A DNA stretch of 10,919 nt, taken from IMG/VR virus record IMGVR_UViG_2558860161_000005; one strand, written 5' to 3'. Below, one piece after another: positions 6,171 through 10,919 of the stretch. Made by a program: the position numbers and the translations under genes. The notes beneath the pieces were generated by a model. That model ran no database searches. It was given only the letters and a program-made list of their open reading frames with translations, and was not told the origin of the DNA. This DNA is from a virus (taxonomy: Duplodnaviria; Heunggongvirae; Uroviricota; Caudoviricetes). How positions within the stretch are numbered: the stretch's first letter is position 1; the number at the start of each line of letters is the position of its first letter.

Positions 6171-6339
6171 AAAGTGAATTTTGTGATGTGGTGAATGCGG
6201 CTGAGCGCACGCGGAACAGTTAAAACCAAAAACAGTGTTATGGGTGGATTCTCTGTATCCGGCGTTAATTGTTAACTGGTTAACGTCACCTGGAGGTACC
6301 AGGCACTGCATCACAAAATTCATTGTTGAGGACGCGATA

Positions 6340-6528
6340 ATGAAAACGTTATTACCAAACGTTAATACGTCTGAAGGTTGTTTTGAAATTGGTGTCACTA
6401 TCAGTAACCCAGTATTTACTGAAGATGCCATTAACAAGAGAAAACAAGAACGGGAGCTATTAAATAAAATATGCATTGTTTCAATGCTGGCTCGTTTACG
6501 TCTGATGCCAAAAGGATGTGCACAATGA
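6340..6528 (+). CDS. dicB: DicB (62 aa), MinC-dependent cell-division inhibitor
   Basis: ATG at 6340 with SD GAGG (6327-6330); translation MKTLLPNVNTSEGCFEIGVTISNPVFTEDAINKRKQERELLNKICIVSMLARLRLMPKGCAQ. The track ORF 6235..6528 carries a spurious N-terminal extension. Confidence 0.85.
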   Translation: MKTLLPNVNTSEGCFEIGVTISNPVFTEDAINKRKQERELLNKICIVSMLARLRLMPKGCAQ

Positions 6529-6716
6529 ATTCAGCATTTGTGCTTGTTCTGACAGTTTTTCTTGTTTCCGGAGAGCCAGTTGATATTGCAGTCAGTGTTC
6601 ACAGGACAATGCAGGAGTGTATGACTGCAGCAACCGAACAGAAAATTCCCGGTAACTGTTACCCGGTCGATAAAGTTATTCACCAGGATAATATCGAAAT
6701 CCCGGCAGGTCTTTAA
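6525..6716 (+). CDS. ydfD: YdfD (63 aa), small membrane protein reported to cause lysis when overexpressed
   Basis: ATG at 6525 overlaps the dicB stop (ATGA); SD AGGA 9 nt upstream; translation MNSAFVLVLTVFLVSGEPVDIAVSVHRTMQECMTAATEQKIPGNCYPVDKVIHQDNIEIPAGL with a hydrophobic N-terminus. Confidence 0.8.
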   Translation: MNSAFVLVLTVFLVSGEPVDIAVSVHRTMQECMTAATEQKIPGNCYPVDKVIHQDNIEIPAGL

Positions 6717-6808
6717 AACAGTTCCGTAATAAATATCCGGTTTCATTCTTATATGCCAGCAATGGCAGGGATTTGTTCATCCTTAAATCTGTCATGAGGT
6801 TAAAACAA

Positions 6809-9280
6809 ATGAGTAAAGTCTTTATTTGCGCCGCTATTCCTGACGAACTGGCAACAAGGGAAGAAGGCGCTGTGGCTGTAGCCACAGCCATTGAAGCTGG
6901 CGACGAACGCCGTGCTCGAGCAAAATTTCACTGGCAATTCCTGGAACATTATCCGGCTGCTCAGGACTGCGCTTATAAATTTATTGTCTGCGAGGATAAA
7001 CCTGGCATACCCCGCCCTGCCCTCGATTCATGGGATGCTGAATATATGCAGGAAAACCGCTGGGATGAGGAGTCTGCTTCTTTTGTCCCGGTTGAGACTG
7101 AATCCGATCCGATGAACGTCACTTTTGACAAGCTGGCCCCTGAAGTACAGAACGCTGTCATGGTTAAGTTCGACACATGTGAAAACATCACCGTTGATAT
7201 GGTTATTAGCGCACAGGAATTGTTGCAGGAAGACATGGCAACATTCGACGGACATATCGTTGAAGCGTTGATGAAAATGCCAGAAGTTAACGCCATGTAT
7301 CCGGAGCTTAAGTTGCACGCCATTGGGTGGGTTAAGCATAAATGTATTCCTGGTGCTAAATGGCCCGAAATTCAGGCAGAGATGCGCATCTGGAAAAAAC
7401 GTCGCGAAGGTGAACGCAAGGAAACCGGAAAATACACGTCTGTTGTTGATCTCGCCCGCGCCAGAGCCAATCAACAGTACACTGAAAATTCAACAGGAAA
7501 AATCAGCCCGGTCATTGCTGCCATTCATCGCGAATACAAGCAGACATGGAAAACACTGGATGACGAACTGGCCTACGCTCTCTGGCCTGGTGATGTGGAT
7601 GCCGGAAACATTGACGGCAGCATCCATCGCCGGGCAAAAAATGAAGTTATCGACAACGACCGCGAAGACTGGAAGCGTATCTCGGCATCAATGCGCAAAC
7701 AGCCTGATGCCCTTCGCTACGACCGCCAAACTATTTTTGGCCTTGTCCGTGAGCGTCCGATCGACATTCACAAAGATCCCGTAGCACTGAACAAATATAT
7801 CTGCGAATACCTGACGACAAAGGGCGTGTTTGAGAATGAAGAAACAGACCTGGGCACTGTTGATGTTCTCCAGTCATCAGAAACACAAACTGATGCAGTG
7901 GAAACTGAGGTATCTGATATCCCAAAAAATGAAACCGCGCCGGAAGCTGAACCATCTGTAGAGCGTGAGGGGCCGTTCTATTTCCTCTTCGCAGATAAGG
8001 ACGGAGAAAAATACGGTCGCGCAAACAAACTTTCTGGTCTGGATAAGGCACTGGCTGCTGGCGCCACTGAAATCACAAAAGAAGAATATTTTGCCCGAAA
8101 AAATGGCACATACACGGGCTTACCGCAAAATGTAGATACCGCTGAAGATTCAGAACAACCAGAGCCGATAAAAGTTACCGCTGACGAAGTAAACAAAATT
8201 ATGCAGGCAGCCAATATCATCCAGCCTGACGCCGATAAGTTGCTTGCTGCATCACGTGGTGAATTTGTTGAAGGGATTAGTGACCCGAATGATCCGAAAT
8301 GGGTTAAGGGGATCCAGACCCGCGATTCTGTGAACCAGAACCAGCATGAATCGGAACGGAACTACCAAAAAGCGGAACAAAACAGCCCAAATGCGTTACA
8401 AAACGAGCCAGAAACGAAACAGCCTGAATCAGTGGCGCAACAGGAAGTGGAAAAAGTCTGCACCGCCTGCGGTCAGACCGGCGGCGGCAACTGCCCTGAT
8501 TGTGGCGCGGTAATGGGCGACGCAACATACCAGGAAACATTCGATGAAGAGTATCAGGTTGAAGTTCAGGAAGATGATCCGGAGGAAATGGAAGGCGCTG
8601 AACATCCACACAAGGAGAACACTGGCGGCAATCAGCATCACGATAGCGATAATGAAACTGGCGAGACGGCAGATCACTCAATTAAGGTGAACGGTCATCA
8701 AGAAATCACATCCACCAGCAGGACGTGTGACCATCTAATGATCGACCTTGAAACCATGGGAAAAAATCCTGATGCCCCGATCATCTCAATAGGTGCAATA
8801 TTTTTCGATCCGCAAACCGGAGATATGGGACCGGAATTTAGTAAGACTATCGATCTGGAAACTGCTGGCGGAGTCATTGATCGGGACACCATTAAATGGT
8901 GGCTTAAGCAATCACGCGAAGCGCAATCTGCCATTATGACCGATGAAATCCCGTTAGATGATGCACTGTTACAATTGCGGGAATTTATCGACGAAAACTC
9001 CGGTGAATTTTTTGTTCAGGTCTGGGGAAATGGAGCCAACTTCGACAACACGATTTTGCGCCGTTCATACGAACGGCAGGGGATCCCCTGCCCGTGGCGT
9101 TACTACAACGATCGCGATGTACGCACAATCGTTGAGCTGGGGAAAGCCATAGACTTCGATGCCAGAACGGCTATTCCATTCGAAGGTGAGCGCCATAATG
9201 CACTTGATGACGCCCGTTACCAGGCAAAATACGTTTCAGTTATCTGGCAAAAACTGATCCCGAGTCAGGCTGATTCTTAA
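6809..9280 (+). CDS. Full-length YdfE-like protein (about 823 aa): N-terminal domain of unknown function, acidic linker with a Cys4 zinc ribbon, C-terminal DnaQ-like DEDDh 3'-5' exonuclease domain
   Basis: Likely start ATG 6809 (SD GAGG 6797-6800); the track ORF begins at TTG 6773, and ATG 6794 is an alternative. Exonuclease motifs: D-L-E from 8744, WGNGANFD, HNALDDARY. Zinc ribbon CTACGQTGGGNCPDCG at about 8459-8506. The N-terminus MSKVFICAAIPDELATREEG... is what I recall for the K-12 ydfE pseudogene product, which is truncated there. Confidence 0.8.
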   Translation: MSKVFICAAIPDELATREEGAVAVATAIEAGDERRARAKFHWQFLEHYPAAQDCAYKFIVCEDKPGIPRPALDSWDAEYMQENRWDEESASFVPVETESDPMNVTFDKLAPEVQNAVMVKFDTCENITVDMVISAQELLQEDMATFDGHIVEALMKMPEVNAMYPELKLHAIGWVKHKCIPGAKWPEIQAEMRIWKKRREGERKETGKYTSVVDLARARANQQYTENSTGKISPVIAAIHREYKQTWKTLDDELAYALWPGDVDAGNIDGSIHRRAKNEVIDNDREDWKRISASMRKQPDALRYDRQTIFGLVRERPIDIHKDPVALNKYICEYLTTKGVFENEETDLGTVDVLQSSETQTDAVETEVSDIPKNETAPEAEPSVEREGPFYFLFADKDGEKYGRANKLSGLDKALAAGATEITKEEYFARKNGTYTGLPQNVDTAEDSEQPEPIKVTADEVNKIMQAANIIQPDADKLLAASRGEFVEGISDPNDPKWVKGIQTRDSVNQNQHESERNYQKAEQNSPNALQNEPETKQPESVAQQEVEKVCTACGQTGGGNCPDCGAVMGDATYQETFDEEYQVEVQEDDPEEMEGAEHPHKENTGGNQHHDSDNETGETADHSIKVNGHQEITSTSRTCDHLMIDLETMGKNPDAPIISIGAIFFDPQTGDMGPEFSKTIDLETAGGVIDRDTIKWWLKQSREAQSAIMTDEIPLDDALLQLREFIDENSGEFFVQVWGNGANFDNTILRRSYERQGIPCPWRYYNDRDVRTIVELGKAIDFDARTAIPFEGERHNALDDARYQAKYVSVIWQKLIPSQADS

Positions 9281-9352
9281 TGTTCAACTGTCGCCGGTTG
9301 TGACTGGTATTCTGCAACCGGCGCTCGTCTGATGTAAGAGATAAAGAAATCG

Positions 9353-9604
9353 ATGAGCGAAGTAATCATGATTGTCTCTCCCGGCAAATGGGTATCCGAA
9401 GAGCAGTTAATTGCGCTGAAAGGAATAAAAAAAGGTACGTTAAAAAAGGCCCGGGAAAAATCGTTTATGGAAGGAAGGGAATATAAGCATGTCGCTCATG
9501 ACGGTATGCCATGGGATAACAGTCCATGCTTTTACAACCTGGAAGAAATTGATCGCTGGATTGAGCGCCAGGCATCAGCAAGACCAAGACGTCATCTTAC
9601 TTGA
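9353..9604 (+). CDS. Excisionase-like small DNA-binding protein (83 aa), immediately upstream of int
   Basis: ORF MSEVIMIVSPGKWVSEEQLIALKGIKKGTLKKAREKSFMEGREYKHVAHDGMPWDNSPCFYNLEEIDRWIERQASARPRRHLT; basic; position and size typical of a lambdoid xis; an alternative start is ATG 9368. Confidence 0.65.
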   Translation: MSEVIMIVSPGKWVSEEQLIALKGIKKGTLKKAREKSFMEGREYKHVAHDGMPWDNSPCFYNLEEIDRWIERQASARPRRHLT

Positions 9605-9623
9605 CTAAAAGCCACACTAACTA

Positions 9624-10919
9624 ATGAGAGAAGTTGAAATGAAATATCCGACAGGCGTGGAAAACCATGGAGGGAAATTACGTATCTGGTTTGTTTATAA
9701 AGGCGTAAGAGTCAGGGAAAACCTGGGGGTTCCTGACACAGCAAAAAACAGGCGCGTTGCAGGTGAGCTACGCGCCTCTGTTTGTTACGCAATAAAAACT
9801 GGTGTTTTCGACTATGCAAAACAGTTTCCCTCCTCACGCAATCTGGAAAAATTTGGTGAGACTCGACAAGATTTAACCATAAAAGAACTGGCTGAAAAAT
9901 TTCTGGCACTGAAAGAAACTGAAGTCGCAAAAACATCACTCAACACATACCGTGCCGTCATCAAAAATATCCTGAGCATAATCGGTGAAAAAAATCTTGC
10001 CTCATCGATTAATAAAGAAAAATTACTGGAGGTTCGTAAAGAGCTACTGACTGGATACCAGATCCCCAAAAGTAACTATATTGTTACACAACCAGGGAGA
10101 TCGGCTGTAACTGTAAATAATTACATGACAAATCTTAACGCCGTGTTCCAGTTTGGTGTTGATAACGGTTACCTGGCAGATAACCCGTTTAAGGGGATCT
10201 CGCCATTAAAGGAATCAAGAACCATTCCGGATCCTCTTTCGCGGGAGGAATTCATCCGTCTTATCGATGCGTGCAGAAATCAGCAAGCCAAAAATTTATG
10301 GTGTGTTTCTGTTTATACTGGCGTTCGCCCTGGTGAGCTGTGTGCACTTGGATGGGAGGACATAGATCTGAAAAATGGAACAATGATGATCAGGAGAAAT
10401 TTAGCAAAAGACCGTTTCACGGTACCAAAAACACAGGCGGGAACCAATCGGGTCATTCATCTTATTAAGCCAGCAATCGACGCTCTCCGGAGTCAGATGA
10501 CATTAACGAGACTGAGCAAAGAGCATATCATTGATGTTCACCTCAGAGAGTATGGCAGAACAGAAAAACATAAATGCACCTTTGTTTTTCAACCTGAAGT
10601 GTCAGCGAGAGTAAAAAATTATGGTGACCATTTTACCGTTGACTCAATAAGGCAGATGTGGGACGCAGCGATAAAACGTGCCGGACTCCGCCATCGAAAA
10701 TCATATCAGTCGAGACATACTTATGCCTGCTGGTCGCTGACAGCTGGTGCTAATCCGGCATTTATAGCAAACCAGATGGGCCATGCAGATGCGCAAATGG
10801 TATTTCAGGTATACGGAAAATGGATGTCTGAAAACAATAATGCACAGGTAGCTTTGTTAAATACACAGTTAAGCGAGTTTGCCCCAACCATGCCCCATAA
10901 CGAAGCAATGAAAAATTAA
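9624..10919 (+). CDS. Phage tyrosine integrase (lambda-Int family); probable counterpart of Qin intQ, here apparently intact
   Basis: 431-aa ORF from ATG 9624 (the second ATG at 9639 has the better SD). N-terminal arm-type DNA-binding-like region; C-terminal catalytic region with SRHTYACW (His-x-x-Arg) and a C-terminal Tyr in GHADAQMVFQVYGKW. The stop TAA is the last three bases of the window. Confidence 0.85.
   Translation: MREVEMKYPTGVENHGGKLRIWFVYKGVRVRENLGVPDTAKNRRVAGELRASVCYAIKTGVFDYAKQFPSSRNLEKFGETRQDLTIKELAEKFLALKETEVAKTSLNTYRAVIKNILSIIGEKNLASSINKEKLLEVRKELLTGYQIPKSNYIVTQPGRSAVTVNNYMTNLNAVFQFGVDNGYLADNPFKGISPLKESRTIPDPLSREEFIRLIDACRNQQAKNLWCVSVYTGVRPGELCALGWEDIDLKNGTMMIRRNLAKDRFTVPKTQAGTNRVIHLIKPAIDALRSQMTLTRLSKEHIIDVHLREYGRTEKHKCTFVFQPEVSARVKNYGDHFTVDSIRQMWDAAIKRAGLRHRKSYQSRHTYACWSLTAGANPAFIANQMGHADAQMVFQVYGKWMSENNNAQVALLNTQLSEFAPTMPHNEAMKN

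Noticed and set aside
6141-6746. - strand ORFs 6141..6476 and 6531..6746
   Set aside because: Antisense to dicF, dicB and ydfD, whose + strand frames match known proteins.
6973-8934. Several - strand ORFs (6973..7474, 7731..8220, 8304..8681, 8698..8934) and + strand alternative-frame ORFs (6891..7115, 7323..7784)
   Set aside because: All lie within the long, coherent YdfE-like frame and have low-complexity or Cys/Arg-rich translations typical of shadow frames.
10800-10919. tRNA gene or att core at the integrase end
   Set aside because: The window ends at the int stop codon; no tRNA-like sequence or att repeat can be seen within the window.

Overview
This window reads as the immunity and early-left region of a Qin-like (dicA/dicC-type) lambdoid prophage from an E. 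coli-like genome, ending in an excisionase and a tyrosine integrase. All identities are from reading the sequence and from memory of the protein families; no database search was run. On the + strand the order is dicA, ydfA, ydfB, ydfC, the dicF sRNA, dicB, ydfD, a full-length 823-aa YdfE-like protein, xis and int. On the - strand, diverging from dicA, are dicC, a 173-aa gene, an O-like replication initiator with internal iterons (a lambda-style origin), a 140-aa gene, and a small DNA methyltransferase gene destroyed by an IS1 insertion with a 9-bp target duplication and an in-frame TAA. The leftmost 1.2 kb holds only short or interrupted - strand ORFs and a 5'-partial membrane-protein gene. 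I did not find a clear multi-gene defence system (no CRISPR, restriction-modification, toxin-antitoxin or retron signature). The most interesting candidate is the YdfE-like protein, which carries a C-terminal DEDDh 3'-5' exonuclease domain and a zinc ribbon, sits where lambda has exo, and has no adjacent annealing protein.
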